A stretch of 64,000 bases of DNA, taken from NCBI GenBank assembly GCA_043228905.1, contig JBHGNT010000021.1:1116001-1180000 (forward strand), given 5' to 3'. This document shows positions 26,058-41,048 of this stretch, piece after piece. The position numbers and the translations under genes are program-made. Under the pieces are notes generated by a model. The model saw only the letters and a program-made list of their open reading frames with translations. It was not told the origin of the DNA and did no database searches. This DNA comes from Azolla caroliniana. Its lineage: Eukaryota > Plantae > Polypodiophyta. The stretch's first letter is position 1, and every line of letters starts with the position of its first letter.

Positions 26058-26487
26058 GTGGAAGGAACATGTTTTGAACCTTGTACCTCTACATGATGAA
26101 GCACTAATTATTCCAACTAGCAAATAGATAATAATTAAAACAAGCAAGTGCCATCAAGCATGGGTGTTAGGTTATAAGCATGTGCACACATTTCCCTAAC
26201 ATGTGAGCACCTATATGTATTGGGGCTCCTCTAGAGGTGATAGTGGGGGTTGAGGGTCTCTGTTGATAATTAGGGTTTTGGACTTGCTTCAATCTAGGCT
26301 TAACATAGAGATAATTGTGCATCCCTATTGTAAATTTCCACTTATAATAGCTAATCATTATGCATTAATTTCTATCTTTTCCATTACTATTCTCTCTTTA
26401 TAGAAACTCTCCATTCTTAAATAGATTGATATATAACTACTCTCACATTACAATGTCCTTACATCTATCTATCTATCTATCTATATA

Positions 26488-29302
26488 TTTCTTTTTTTAA
26501 ATGACATTGTAGTTTCCATTACCAATTCAATAAGCGTATACAAGACATATAATGATACAATCTAGTGGTGGGTAAGATATCCCCCATTATGTCATAATTG
26601 AAACCAACCTCCACCTATGGAGGAAACAACCATTGAGGGGGTACATATTGCCAATCTATTTTGTTATTTCTCTCCACAAAAACGAACAAATCCTTCCACT
26701 CATTTTTAAAATATTGTTGTTTCAAAAAAATGATATCTTCATTACCAGTGAAGAAGTCATATTGACCTTTTAAAATTGAGATAAGCATCGACCAAATTTC
26801 CTTCACACAATGAATAGAATTTTGCTTTATTTGATGAAACACATTTTTGCATCGATCTATCCAAATATTCCATAGAACCACCAATGATATCATAGCCTAT
26901 ACTGTGGCTTCCACATTCAACCAATTTGAGCTTGAGTATAGTATGTCCTTAACTTGCCTTCCCCTAGTTTGAAGGGTAAATAGTATCTTTTCACTTTCAT
27001 AATTTTGCTTATCCACATTTACATCCATCCAAGACATTTCCCCATGTAATCACATGATGTCCATATGCAACATCAATGAGGAGCAACATACGTTTCCAAA
27101 CAGAACATGCAACCATATAGTTCCATAAGGCATGTTGCATTGATTCCAAATGAAGCCCACAAAAAGAGCAAGTTTTGGTTCCCTCTTCCCTATGCATATA
27201 TTCCAAGACTGGAAGTGCATAGTGGACACATAACCATCTAAATGTAATGATTTTGTGAGGAATCTATAGAGCCCACAACCATTTCCAAAATGTCAATATT
27301 GAATGCATAGGAATACTATTATTTAACCATACCTTAGTTCCAACTGACATAACTGGATTCCTCCTTCATTGGAATTCCCTACCTAATTTTACAGAGTAGT
27401 CAAAGAAAGAAACCATCTTATTATTAGCATCTCTCCACCACCATTCCGATGGATCCCACTCTAACTCCAATAAGGGCTTACTACCACAAACCTAGATATC
27501 CCAAAAGGGTTTACTTTTTCAGGATGGGGATCAATAATACATACCTTCCATGTTTTTGCAACCACCCTAATAGGCTTCCACTCCACTAATTTGAGAAGGT
27601 CATCCTCCATAGAGACCCATTGCAATTTTCCCTCCAGAACTATTATATATGCTTTAAAGAAAGATTCATTAGATGTGTAAGCACTTGCTCCAATATAGAC
27701 ATTAAAAGAAGAGAATGCCTCGTACCATACATGATTTGAATTAAAAGAAGAAGGCAAATTCCTATTACAAGCGTTACTCATCTCTCGGATTATTAACATA
27801 CCACCTCTTATTGATTTCAAAACTTGTTCCTTAACATCCCTCGAGGATTGATTAAAGTTTAACCAAGTACCAACATTAGCTGCAAATGCCTCATCAACTG
27901 CCGTGCAATTTAATCTTATCCTTCCCAACATATTACCATAATCATCCTTAATGAAGGGGTTCTAACATATTGGTTGCCTTTTCCACTCGCCCTACCATAA
28001 TGTTTATGCACAAGATTAGGCAGCAAACATTTCCAAGCTCTTAACAAAGAGTTAAATTTTTTATCCGAAGTGAAAATAGAAGTCAAAACCATATCCTCTT
28101 GGACAAACCACCACGTGACCTCACATTTCGCTTCCAATGTCCACCTCTAAACAGAACCAATTTCTTCATACGTTCATGAAGTAACAACTTCCATGGCTCA
28201 TTCCCTAGCATTGTACTTCTCGCAACAAATTTCCCAAGTAATGCTCTACATTGAAACATTGGGTCTATCAACCCTAATCCACCTTCATGAGGAGAATATA
28301 TTATTACCTTCCACACAACTTTAGATCTGGCATTTGCATCAGATGCACCCGATAAGAAATTGTGGACAAGTCTCTGTACCTGAGATATAATAGATCTTGA
28401 AAACAACCAAGATGAGAAGATACACCACGTCGAAGACAGAAGCACATGATTAGCAGTTATAATTCTTCTAGCCAATGATAAATGCCTCGAAGACCAAAAC
28501 AACAATTTCTTCTTCAATGACATCAACAAGGCGGCAATAAGTTGATCATGAGTAATATCAACACCAATTTGACAACCAAGATATCGTACTGACCTCCCAT
28601 GTTGAAGCCATTGAAAATCCGGATGTGGCAACAAATGTGAAACTCTATTATTCTTCATTCTTATTCCAATTTATAATAGCACCTGATAGCTCACAAAATT
28701 CTTGCACCATGCATTGAACATTACACAAATTCCGTTCCTCCCCATCCACAGATAAAGTTGTATCATCCGCAAATTCATTATCAAGCACTTGCTTATTATC
28801 TAATCCCCATTGCAACCCTTTAATTCATAAGGCACGATTATTAAAATACACATGAAAAGCCTCAACTATTAATAAGTATAGGAAAGGGGCCAATGGACAC
28901 CCTTGCCTAACCGACCATGAAATAGAGACGGGTACATCAACTTCTCCCGCCACATATACGGAGCTAGACACATTCTTATACAAGGCTCTTACCGCCACTA
29001 CCCAAGCCATTGGAAATCCTAGTTGTAACATAACTTCCTCGAGGAAAGACCAATCAACTGTATCATATGTCTTTTCGAAGTCTAATAATAGCACCACTAG
29101 GTCAACACCCTTCTCTTTTGCTAAAGCTGTAAGCTCCCAGAACATGAAAATATTATAAAACATAGAACGCTCTTGCATGAAACCTGTTTGCGATTTATGA
29201 ATAATATCATTTAATAAAGGTTGCATAAAGCAAGGACTTTAGCATAAATCTTATAGATAGTATTCAGAATATTTATAGGCCGCCACGTCTTAAGCAAACC
29301 AG
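26488..29302 (-). mobile_element. L1-type LINE, 5'-truncated, decayed ORF2 (RT, zf-RVT, C-terminus, 3' UTR)
   Basis: ORF pieces: SQTGFMQERS, LDFEKTYDTVDWSFL, RQGCPLAPFLY, FADD, RYLGCQIG, GGLGL, CSFCGLHLESMQHALW, WQYVPPQWLFPP. Confidence 0.92.
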
Positions 29303-30103
29303 TGTAATTTAGATCTAGCTAGATGGGTTCCTATCTACCATAAGTCACAACAAAAAGAAAATAACTCTCAAATTCCTAAACCAAGGTTTATATAAACAAA
29401 TGGAGAGCCTACATCAATTGTAAAAGGAATAGCGTGCGGAAGCAATAGAAAACCAAACACAGAAACGCAGGTTTAATGGAGAGCTTGAATATACACAGTA
29501 CGCGGGAGAGACAAAGAAAGAGCAGAACGTTAAAATTCTATTACAAAACAATAATAGTTCTCTGTGCATACAATGTGCCCAACAACACTATTCATACAAG
29601 TCCTAAGAGGACTGACAGAAGTATGGTGTACTTCAATGCTCACACGAGCGTCTGACCCTAACTACGAGACATTAACTACCTAGTAGTCTAGGCTGCTACT
29701 AGGCTTCCGGTTACTGTTGGATCCAACTAACCAGCTCACCGGCTCACCGATCCGGCTCATCCTTCCGAATACCAATCCAGCTCAGGCTTATTCAACCGAT
29801 TCGGATCCGGTTGAGCTTGCCACTCAACATCAATTAACACCCTCATAAAACAACTCTTTTTCTCATGTACCTCACTCTTACAAATAAAATGTTTACAATT
29901 ATTAAGTTCAAATGTGATTGAGTGATTAACCCAATCAATGGACAAGGGTTTTTATTAAAAAACCAAGGTATCCTAAAATAACATCTACGGATTGTAGTTT
30001 CATAACATGAAAGTCAAGCTTCTCCAGATAGGTATCTATTTGAATTGGCAGTTGACAAACAATGCCACTGATGTATTGAACATATGTCCTTCTACTATTA
30101 ACA
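29303..30103. mobile_element. Possible LTR remnant truncating the LINE
   Basis: Starts TGTAA exactly where LINE homology stops and ends TTAACA; contains ccgg-rich patches like the copia LTRs here. No TSD or PBS was found. Confidence 0.35.
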
Positions 30104-30691
30104 TTCAATGTCCCTCCTTATCTATAGTCTAGTTTTACATATTTAAATTATTACACTTGCATGTCCTATTTTATATGAGATTATATGTCCCCTCACCAGA
30201 CAACTAACACTTGGCATGCATGTGGGACAACGACTTGCCGAGAAATAGCCTACAACAAAAGAAATAAGTCTTTTTGAAATTAGCATAATCACTAAAATTG
30301 ACAAGCAGATGACCCATTCGTCGTCTCTAGTGAGTTGTCAGGTGTATAAGTTCATGTTTCCACTTCCTTCACTACTTTCATCTATGATGATGCCATGAGT
30401 ATTGTGGATCAAAAGGTTGCCCAAGTTTGCCAATGCATGTAGGGATTGTTTGGACACAATGTGGTGGTAGTGGGTTTGGGAGGATGATTATGATTGTGCA
30501 TCCACTTGCACCTTCATCCCTTCGTTACTATGTTACACAAAGGTTGGGAACTTGATATTCATAATTTTTTGTATTGATGATCTCACCTTTGCACATACTC
30601 AATGGTTTTCTTCATAATTTACCATCTTCAACATCATTGTCTTCTTCATTTGTTTTTCCTCTTTTGCTTACCCTTGCTTCTATATCTTTAT

Positions 30692-31000
30692 GGGAAATGT
30701 ACCAGGATACCCCTGGAAGTTCGTCTATTTACCAGAATGCCCCTGAAAGTTCCAAATTTACCAAACTACCCTTATGTCCAAAAAATTACACTTTATAAAG
30801 TAATTATACACTCAAATCTACAAGCCCTATTTACAAAAGATGGAAGAAATGGACCCGAACTAACCCTATTTACCAATTAAGTGTATAATTACTTTATAAA
30901 GTGTAATCTTTTGGACATAGGGGTAGTTTGGTAAATTTGGAACTTCCAGGGGCATTCTGGTAAATAGACAAACTTCTAGGGGTATCTTGGTACTTTTCCC
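30692..31000. mobile_element. Mutator-like MITE with ~121 bp TIRs and 9 bp TSD
   Basis: GGGAAA...TTTCCC termini, arms 30692-30812 and 30880-31000, exact TSD tatctttat at 30683-30691 and 31001-31009. Confidence 0.92.
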
Positions 31001-31942
31001 TATCTTTATTTACTTTCTCGTTTGTGTTTGCATTACTGTGGTTCTTTTCATCTTCTTCATCATTAGTCCATGTCCCCTCCCCTCTCTTCCTTCTTCTCTC
31101 GTTGCTACAAATTCATTTCCATGGATTCCTTTCTTTCTTCTTTCATCTTCTTGTTATTTGTGAAGAAAACATTTGCATGATATACAAAGTTTCTATTAAT
31201 GTTAAGAATGGAAATAATTTCATAGATGTTACGAACATATATCAAAACTCCAAAGAGGATATGTAACCTCAAGCATTAAACCCATGACCTCTTCAAAGAA
31301 AATATATAACCTTAATAATTAGGATGCTCCTAACTTTTTGTAAATTGCCTAATATATATGTAAATTTATGAAATGATATCATCTTGCACAAGGTAATGCA
31401 TGATCACCAAGTGACATGCTTACATGAATGCCAAGTGGTAATCACGCATGCATATGAGGTGATGAGCATGCATGTATCCAAACTATGCTATATATAAGCA
31501 TGTATTTGAGTATTGATGAACCATTTTGGTTCAATGTCAGTCTTCAACATATTCTTGTATCTCTTGTTATTATTATTAATACATTGCCAATATCTCTTAT
31601 TTCTCTCTCATTTCTTTCTTCACATTCTCTTCTTTAATTCGATTTTGTTCTTGGCTATGACCGTAACCATAGTTGTTTGTTTCCATAATTGTATGAGGTG
31701 CAATATCTTTGAATCTAGAATATTGGTTATAGGCCAAATGTATCCAAGAAATATATTCATGTTATAATTTGCAAGGAATGAACCTTTATTAGGTGGCAAT
31801 GGCTAATGGCTAATGGGCTTGTAATGTGAAAGGGACATTTTTAGAGTTTCAAACTATACAGAAGGGCAAAAATTCTCATGTAAAAGGGGTCCCTAACTTT
31901 GAGGCATCCTTTTCTGTCATCATTATCTACCTTGCATCCACT

Positions 31943-34185
31943 TTGGGTAAGTCCAAACTCTTGGCCGAATTGGCAACCTAATGCTGATTTTCAATGGGTT
32001 CCTAATGGAAGGGCTGTTAAGTATTTGGGCTTTTTGGTGGGAATAGAGATTCAGAAAAATCAGCAACTTGAGCAAGTGAAAGACAAAATCAGAAAAAAGC
32101 TTCGGTTATGGGCATCAGTAAAGCTTTCCCTTGCAGGTAGAGTGGTTGTGGTAAACCATATTTTGTTGGCCACCATGTGGCACTCGTTGGCATGCTGGAT
32201 GTTAGATAAAGAGTGCATAAAAAATATTAAGGCAATGGTGAGAGGGTTCCTTTGGTCGGGTAGAGACCATGAGACTGCTTCAGCTAAAGTGGCCTGGAGT
32301 TGTTTGATCAAGGAAAAAAGTCAAGGTGGACTTGGGATGGTGGATCCAGGTCACCAAAGTAAGGCTTTACTTGGTAAGCTCTTGGTGCGAAGTCTCCAAC
32401 CTGGACCAGAATTGTGGAAATTGCTTCTTAGAGACAGAGCTGAACTCTGGAGTCCGAGGAATGGCGGCCCTTGGAAGGCAAAGATGTGGTGGTTGTTCAG
32501 TCCAGGCCTAACGTTAAAAGAACCTACTAGTATGGAGGATAGGGTGGCCCGCACCATAATGAGGGCCTGGTCAAGTTTAAGAGAGGGGCTGGTCTTAATG
32601 CAGCCAAAAACAATGGAGGAACAACTCCGTCAACCTCTGTTTTGGAACCCCAGGATTCGAAGTGATGATGGTATGATGCTTGGTCAGAAAAAATACTTGC
32701 CATGGGGGAAAATGGTAGGGTACAATGTTAGTTCAGTAAGAGACTGGGAGGAGTTCAAAAGGAGAAGAAGGGAGGGTCTAGTTGGAAGTCCTAGATTTAC
32801 CGGCAAGCTGGAAAAGGTTACCCACTTGATAGATAAGGCTGTTGATGGTCTAGCTAGGCTGAATGAAGAAGAGGGGGTCTGGTTTGGGTGGTTTGTAGGT
32901 GAGGGCGATGCGCAAATTATCCGAGGCAGGTGCCCATCTAATGAGTATCGTTTGTGGGGCAACCTAAGTGCTTTGGCAGACAATGGCCAATGGTTGGCAG
33001 TGCGAGTGGCAATGTTGGAAGGTAAGAAGTGGCAAGTAAACCTGGACCCAGGGAAGCTGGAATCTGATCGTAAACTCTGGATAGTTGACAACAAGCCCAT
33101 ATGTGATCTGGATTGGGATCCACTAGAGGTGTGGTGGCAGAAACCGGGTACAGACAAACTTGAACGGTTTTTCGAGTACACTACCAAGCTAGGAAGGCAA
33201 ATCATTGGCTCTAAATTGATGGGTGCTGGCCTAACTCGCAATAGTTGGAAGGATAAAGGCATTTCTGATGACTGGTTGAAGTCGTTTTGGAGGAGGCTAT
33301 GGGCGTTTGATATGCCAGAAAAAATAAAGCTTTGGTTGTGGCTTCTTAGTCACAAAGCGGTGTTGGTGGGGGAGTGGCTTAGGTGTCGTGGTGGTGAGGC
33401 TGGATGCAAAAGTTGTGGACACCCTTTGGAATCAATTCCTCATTGTTTTTGGAACTGCAACGAGGCTATTAACATTTGGGGTAGAAGTCTCAGGATAGTG
33501 GCAGCATGCGGAGTGAATGGGAGAGTTGTATGGGGGTCCGTACAAGGGCTGAAGTTAACAGGGGAAGGCTGGGCTGAATAGTTAAATCCCCACGGACATG
33601 GTTTTATAGTGCAGGATGGCAAGGTGTTTCAACGGGCTGGAGTTCGACATGGCACTAACTCAGAATTTTTTGAGGAGATATGGATGATGGTGTCTTGTTT
33701 ATCGGTCTGGCACATTTGGACCAACCGTTGTAAATTTGTTTTTCAACAACAAAAGATCCCTAGCGGTGAGGTATTATTAAATATCTGGTTTGAGTTGGTA
33801 TCTTGGCTGCGGGGACGATACGACTCAATCAAGGGGGAATCTGATGCAGCTGAAAGATCTCGATCAAAGTTCTTGCTGAAATGGGGTAATGCTCCTATGG
33901 TGGGCAGATCCTCATCAGGGCCTCAATGGAACTACCAAGCACCCCGATGGCTGTTTCCGGTTTCCAACAGCGTCTAGGTGCTGTAAATCTGTATAGATAT
34001 GGTACAAATTATTAGGTTATTGGAGTTGTTTGGATACGTTTGTTGAAAATGAGGTGGGGACTATGTCCACTTTGGTGGGAAGGCCAGAGTGAGGGCTGGT
34101 GGAAGAACTTTGGGTGTTCTATGATGTAATTTTGTTTGCTAACTAATGCGAAGTAGTGTTTTTTTGGAAAAAAAAAAAAAAAAAA
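31943..34185 (+). mobile_element. L1-type LINE, 5'-truncated, well-preserved ORF2 3' half with poly(A) tail
   Basis: KYLG, LSLAGRVVVVNHILL, GGLG and zf-RVT CKSCGHPLESIPHCFWNC. One in-frame TAG at 33579, then continues to WNYQAPRWLFP; A-run at 34168-34185. Confidence 0.93.
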
Positions 34186-34419
34186 GAGTCACTTTCCTTC
34201 ATGTAACCATTCTACACGAATTAATTGGGATATGCATGCTTTTTACTTAAAATAATTATCTATTTAATTAAGAGACATTAATAAAAAAAATTATGTATTT
34301 GATGAAGACTAACAAATTTTTTAATTGATGTAGTGATTTTGTGTGTGTTAATGTTAGTTTAATTTAAGAAACTCTCAAGGCTTACATAGTTACATGGAGT
34401 TTAGAGGTAAGTGCCTTTA

Positions 34420-34660
34420 TGCCTTGAAGTATGACATGCTCTTTGTCATTAGGTAGTGACACACCCAATGCCTTTGTTAGCCCATTGTGAATAAGTGATC
34501 TCTCAAGAATTTGTAGCCATCGTGAAGAAGTGATCCAAAACCCAAAACCCAAAACCCAAAATCCTTTGGAAGTGCCTTGAAGTATGATATTGTCTTTGTC
34601 ATTTGGGAGTGACACACCCAATCCCTTTGTTAGCTCACCGTGAAGTGCACTCTTCTCAAG
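34420..34660. repeat. ~150 bp-period duplication followed by aaggtag-rich repeats (probable retroelement debris)
   Basis: tgccttgaagtatga...ctttgtcatt.gg.agtgacacacccaat.cctttgttagc occurs twice. Confidence 0.65.
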
Positions 34661-37600
34661 TATACTAGAGTTACCTTTAAGGAAACTTGACTTAGTAAGG
34701 TGGGTATACTAGAGTTCCCTTTTAGGGAGGTTCATGAGGTGGGGAAAGTAGGTAAGGTAGCATTCAGTTTTGAAAGGTAGATAAGGTAGATTTTGTAAGC
34801 TAGGTATGCTAGACTTCCCATTTAGAGAGGTCCATGAGGTAAGGAAAATGAGGTTTTAGAGAGATCAATGGGGGGGACAAGGTAACATTAATTTTCAAAA
34901 GGTAGACATGGGGAGAAAATTGGGATTAAGGTTTGTAAAGGTAGATAAGGTAGCAAGGTAGATTAAGGTTTGTAAAGGAACACGGGCCCAATGATGAAGA
35001 GAACAAAGGAATTGTGAACCATCACCTAAAAAAGCAACTACACTTTGATGAATGAATGCCCAAAATTAAATGAGATTATTAGTTAAACATTTCAGGATTT
35101 CCTTTACCAACACTTAATCTAGCTTAAGGTGATCATTGAATGTGTAGTCCACATGCACACCATGCGGGTTAACAATTGAGGACAAAGTGATGATGTTGGT
35201 GCACCAAAGGAGAAAGCAACTAAAGTAGTAGAAACAAGGTAAGTGAAGATGTTGAGGAACCAAAGGGGAAAGCAAATGAAGAAGATGATAATGAAAATGT
35301 TGAGGAAGAAGGAAGAAAATCAAGGGTTCAATGGTTAAGGTTGAGCAACTGCCTTCAAACATGTAAAGAAAGGAATCAAATGTCCTACATTATAATTTTA
35401 CATAACCTTGAAAGTTGGTTTTAGGCATTACAAATATTGTTATTAACAATGATAATAATGACGTATGTTCCTTCTAGCAAAAATTAATATTCTTCATCCT
35501 TGGTTCTCTCTTGTAGATCATGCAATTATATTTCTTGCTATGAGAAAAGAGAGGTTCTCTAGTAGATCATGCAAGTATATGTCTTGCTACAAACAAAAGA
35601 GGTTCTCTTGTAGATTGTGCAAAGAAAAGAGGTTCTCTTGTTACAAAGAAAAGTGATGAACTCATAGGTTGTGTTCTCACTCCTATTCAAAAGAATGACA
35701 TAACCCTACATTGATCCCTATTGCATAGGTTGACACCTTACTAAGTTTGTACACATCCACACTATAATGTAAAAAAATCATACTTTGTGACATCCATGTT
35801 GATTTGTAGACATATTGCACACACACATATAAATACAAACACATATTCTAAGTCTTCACATGAGCATTACTAGAATTATTGTTTCCAACCACTAAAGTGG
35901 CTTGTACGAAGAAGATTAAGCATAACATTGAAGTTGTTATTGAGTCTTATCATATCGTTCAAAATTATTTCCATGTATAGGTCCTCCTTTCATCTATTCA
36001 ATTTGAGAGAATATTCTGATTTTTTTGAGGTCAAGAAGACAACTATACGTTTAGTTTATAAAAGAAGAAGAAGAATAGAAGTGATGATGGTATCCATGCA
36101 AAAGATCATATGGTTTTGGAGTTCAAATCAAGGCATAAGAATAGAATGAACATTTTATTAAAGTTGTCATATTATATACCAATCAAGTACGTTGGCAAGG
36201 TATATTTGTTGGTGTACATTGAGAGATAAAGAATCTCCAGTACATATAATATTGAGTATCTTTAACATATTATTAAAGTGTGTTTGAGAAATCTATTATC
36301 AGGATTCAGTATATTGGACTTGATAATTATGATATTTTATTACCATTGACGCACCATGAAGCAAATGCAATGCATCCCATTTACCAAACCATTTCGTCAC
36401 ATCTTACATCCATCAATAACCCAAACTTTTTCTTTCATGTATGCATTTAGTTTCTCTTTCCAGATCATTTCTTAATACCTTACTTCTTTCCCATGCAATT
36501 CTAGGAAATCTGTGTGAGGTTCTTCCTTCTCTTCACTTGCCTATAGAGGCCTTGTGCCTATTCCCAATTGTGCAACATTGCCTTCTTGACATAACCAAGA
36601 CATGTACAATAGATAGGATGATGCAAACATGTTGCCCATTGTAATTCTAAGATTAAATGTTTGCTCAACAATACCACGTAATCTCTAATCTCTTTCAATT
36701 GATTGAGAAATTTATTAAGCTCTCGGTCAACTTGACCACTTTGTGAACATCGTTTTAACTCCGAATGTTATTGATATGTGTTAAATCCGCCAACTTGAAT
36801 GTTACAAATCCAATGTCAACCACTGTAGATTGATGGGAATCTCCCAATCAAATTGTCCCGAGTGGGCGAGCCTTATAACGAGCAAACCACCCCCCCTATG
36901 TGATGTCACATGAAATGATACACTAGAGGTTCAACCATCACATATGTGGTACCAATTTTCTAGGAGAGCGTCTATTGTTGGTGTCCAACATGTATTACAA
37001 CGTACCCTAGCCAAGGTATTTTTGGCATATGTCCAATGTCCATGTATGAGATTGTACAATCTCATGTGCCTATGATGATTGTATGTCCTTGTGAGATTGT
37101 ACCATCTTGTCCCATCAAGCTTGAATACTTCATGCTCATCTCAAAATTCAAGGTTGTGATCTTAACCGTCAATGTTGACTAGGTCTTCACACAAACCTTT
37201 TCTTTTAACACAATATGGAATCTGGATATTGACAAGGTGAAATGATGTTATGAATGTTTAGTGGAATTTGTTCATAATAAACAATCTTACGTATATCACA
37301 AGTCACAACCATGGTTTGTGGTCAAATTTGAGAAGATCACATCATCAAGCTATTCAAGACATGACCTTTTGATGGGAAAGCTAATCCAGCACACTAATAA
37401 ATACACAACTTAAAAAATAATATAAAGTTAAATATGACTTTTTACCTCACTACATACAATCATTTGAACTTATGAATTGTTATGTAACCGGAGTTTATTG
37501 AGAGAGAATGGGAGATTAAATGTTAATGTGGACTTGTTTCCCATGTCCATGCAATAAAATGGACATTCAAATAATAACATGGCCACACATTTATACAAAA

Positions 37601-38344
37601 TATTGATTTTTCTTAATGTCCTTAAATAAACTTTCTATCAATAGTATTCATTAAGTCCCTATTAAATGATCCTTAATGTTTCCATAAATGACAATCATGA
37701 TCTTAACATAGGAGAATAATTATTCATATTGAGCAAGCTGTTAATGTACTAGCTTTGTGAAAATTACGCACTACAATAATGAGCAAATCTCATCACTCTA
37801 ATTATCATAGTATCAAGCTTATATAACGATCATTATGTTAGATTACATAAGATATAATTAAAATGGTGTAATGGAGGGTATCTTGCTAGAACTTTCTTTA
37901 CATAGTACATGTCAACCCAACTTCAAAGTGAGTGTGAAACTTCTTTAAGAGAATGTGAAAGAATTTTTATGAGATTCCTCGTGAATGTTTGAAATACCCT
38001 CACATAGGGTACATCCACGTGGAGTAGATGTAGCACATAGGTTAGTTGTATAATTTGATCAAACCTAGATTTGCTGATAAATATGTAGATCAAAGCACTA
38101 GAGTTAGCACATCGAAAGAGTGGAGTGATCAAATGAGTCGTATATTTGGGACCAACTAATATATAGGTAAATAAATGCTCGAAAAGTCAAAGGTATAGTT
38201 GAAGAAATGATGATATGGATATATTCCAAACCTATTGCATGGTAACTTCCTATTTCCTAGCTCCCATACTTAATGAAATTAAAATCGGTGACATGTTATT
38301 ATCCTTTACTTCTTGGGGCAACTATTAAGTTACTGAATAATTAA

Positions 38345-39440
38345 ACTAACACATTAATAAATTTAATGTATGAACCTTCATTAGGGAAATGATTCCTTTA
38401 CAAAATAAAACATTTGTACTATCATCACACCATAAAAAACAAATTAATGAGAGTGAGCGATATCTAAAAGAAGCTACAATTCAAACGAGGAGATATTTTG
38501 GGATGTTACTATAAATCATTACCTACTGTTAAGTACACAACATGCGTCGCACTGGTTGTGAAGATACTGGCAACAACAAAGAACACCAAGCTCAACCAAT
38601 ATTTGGAAAAAAAGGGATAGAACAAAGCAAGTAGGAAACAATGTAAGCTAATGGGCAACCTAGTGTGAAAAGGGCACACTTACTTTGTAAAAAGCTATAA
38701 AAGCCACTTTGTGGTGCCTTTTATAGTTCTTCTGAAATCAACACATCAATAAACCTTAATGTATGAGCCTTCAGTAGGGAAATGATTCATTTACAAAACA
38801 AAACATTTGTACTATCACCATGCCTTAGAAAACAAATAAATGGGAGTGGGTGATATCTAAAAGACGCAACAATTCAAACTAAGATATCTTTTGGGATGTT
38901 ACTATAAATCATTACATATGTAGCTTGCATAATAAGGTAAGTACTCTTGAAATATGCTTGTATATAGCTTTTGGAAATACAACAAATATGGATACACCAT
39001 ATGTAAGTCCCTAGTTTATATGATATATTTACATTAGTGAATTGTTAGTATCTTTATGCATATCCATCTAATTTAGAGATATATTATATGAATATTGTGT
39101 GTATGTGTATGAAAGAGATAGAAACCATACTTGAAATAGTAGGTGATATCTAAAAGACACAACAATTCAAACCAATATATCTTTTGGGATGTTACTATAA
39201 ATCATTACCTAGGCATCATAATAAGGTAATTACTCTTGAAATATGCTTGTATCAGCTTTTGGAAGTACGATAAATATGGGTACACCATATGTAAGTCCCT
39301 ACTTTAAATGATATATTAACAATCACAAATTGTTAGTATCTATATTCATATCCATCTAGTGTGCTATTCTTCTTGAGATATATTATATGAATATTGTGTG
39401 CATGTGTGTGAAAGTGATAGAGACCGTGCTTGAAATAGTC
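38345..39440. repeat. Overlapping local duplications (38345-38525 vs 38740-38915; tandem 38848-39140 vs 39141-39440)
   Basis: gatatctaaaaga...ttttgggatgttactataaatcattac occurs three times; the longer flanks are each shared by two copies. Confidence 0.85.
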
Positions 39441-40098
39441 ATAGACATGAAAATAGTTCATTGAGGTGGGATCATTCCCCCCCCCAAAGATGGGTATGCT
39501 TCCATGCTACTATGCGCCTTCTTAAAACTAAAAATTATGTTGTCCTTGTTGAAGTGGTGCCCATAAACTTGGTATTATAAGGTATCATAAAAGGATGATT
39601 TTATCACAAGAATGATAAGTTCCTCTAGTGATCTTTATTGCACTTATTGACAAGGTTCAGAATTGTAATGGAGGATGATAATTACTACAGACACATTGCC
39701 AGCAAATGATATAATACTTTGTGATCAAGGCACATTCTAATAATCGTAATAGTTAATTAAATACTTTGCGATCAAAATACATTCAAATAATCATAATAGT
39801 TATGATAATTTGACCATCAAAGTAGACATGTTTGCATGAGCCTACATAACATGTAGTATAAACAAGGATTGTTTGAGAGTACAATTCTTTCTAGAATGTG
39901 ACTAACAATGTTATACTGGAAAAAGAATGATGCATAATGGTGCCATGATTGTGAAGCACCATGCCTACACACTTTTTGACTCTAGAAACCAATAAATACT
40001 CAATGGACAAAAAAAATTTGAGGAAAAAAAAAGTTACATTACATCAAAAGTTAGCAACTCACAAAGTGTTGGGGTATGCAATAAACATCTCTCACCAA

Positions 40099-40232
40099 AG
40101 TGAGACTCAACACCAAAGTGTTTATTCAAGCCAATGGTTAGACTTTAGAAAAATATAGGGGATCGGTATAGCTTGTATGTTTAGCCTTATGGCGGTTTTC
40201 TAATACTAATGTAGTATCTTTTTTTGGGAAAA
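40099..40232 (+). mobile_element. Short LINE tail with 16 bp TSD
   Basis: TSD aaacatctctcaccaa at 40083-40098 and 40233-40248; the body matches the reverse complement of 41049-41190. Confidence 0.85.
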
Positions 40233-40381
40233 AAACATCTCTCACCAATTGTTCCCAATCTCTGATTTTCATGGTCTTTCCACAATTCACATTATCTCCT
40301 AAAGTTGAAATTGAAAGCAAATTTATTAATCCCAACCTAAACAAGAATTGAAGCTTGTTGTATGAGATTCTTTCTCCATGT

Positions 40382-40384
<3 letters not shown>

Positions 40385-40428
<44 letters not shown>
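40385..40428. repeat. (GA)n microsatellite
   Basis: Read directly. Confidence 0.95.
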
Positions 40429-40430
<2 letters not shown>

Positions 40431-41048
40431 CTATGTGACACGAGGTTTTAAAGGAGAGTACGAAAGAGGGATTCCTAGGGTGAACTTCCTTGTGATGGTA
40501 TCTAAAAGGTCAACATGGCTTTAGAGTGGCCCTTGAAAGTCCATAAGGTTAGAGGCCTTCATGGAATGGCTCATGAGCATGACTAATATTTAGGGGGTTA
40601 AATTTTTTATTTAGAGAAAATTGGAAGTATCGCTTTCATAAGTTTTGGAATACCTTGCGATAAGATACATGTGGGATGATGTGACTATGCTAAATACATT
40701 TCTTCATTTTGGAAATCTTTCGAAGTGTGTTTCAAAGTGTCATAGAAACTTTACATATTAAAAAGAACATCTTAGTGCCAAAATATACCCCAAATAGGAT
40801 GAATGAGAAATTAATCGAAGAGAATAAATAGATATCAAGTTTAGGGATCCATGGGGAATCGGGATGTAAATATCATAAATCATTGCCTAAGTGTCATGAT
40901 GAGGTAAGTACATATGAACTAGTGAGATTGGCTAGGCATTAACACCCATAGGATATCAACCTATGTTGTTTTGGAAAGGACAACTTAGTTGAATGTTTGT
41001 GTGTGTGCGTGTGTTTCCATATGTGTTTATGTCCATTTAGTACTTTTG

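Noticed and set aside
31040-31100. Minus-strand GTWTNEEDEK resembling a MYB repeat start
   Set aside because: The following residues do not continue a MYB helix and the region is low-complexity with stops.
31899-33581. 560 aa ORF as a host gene
   Set aside because: It is LINE ORF2 (post-RT region plus zf-RVT) with a non-ATG start in flanking DNA and a poly(A) tail.
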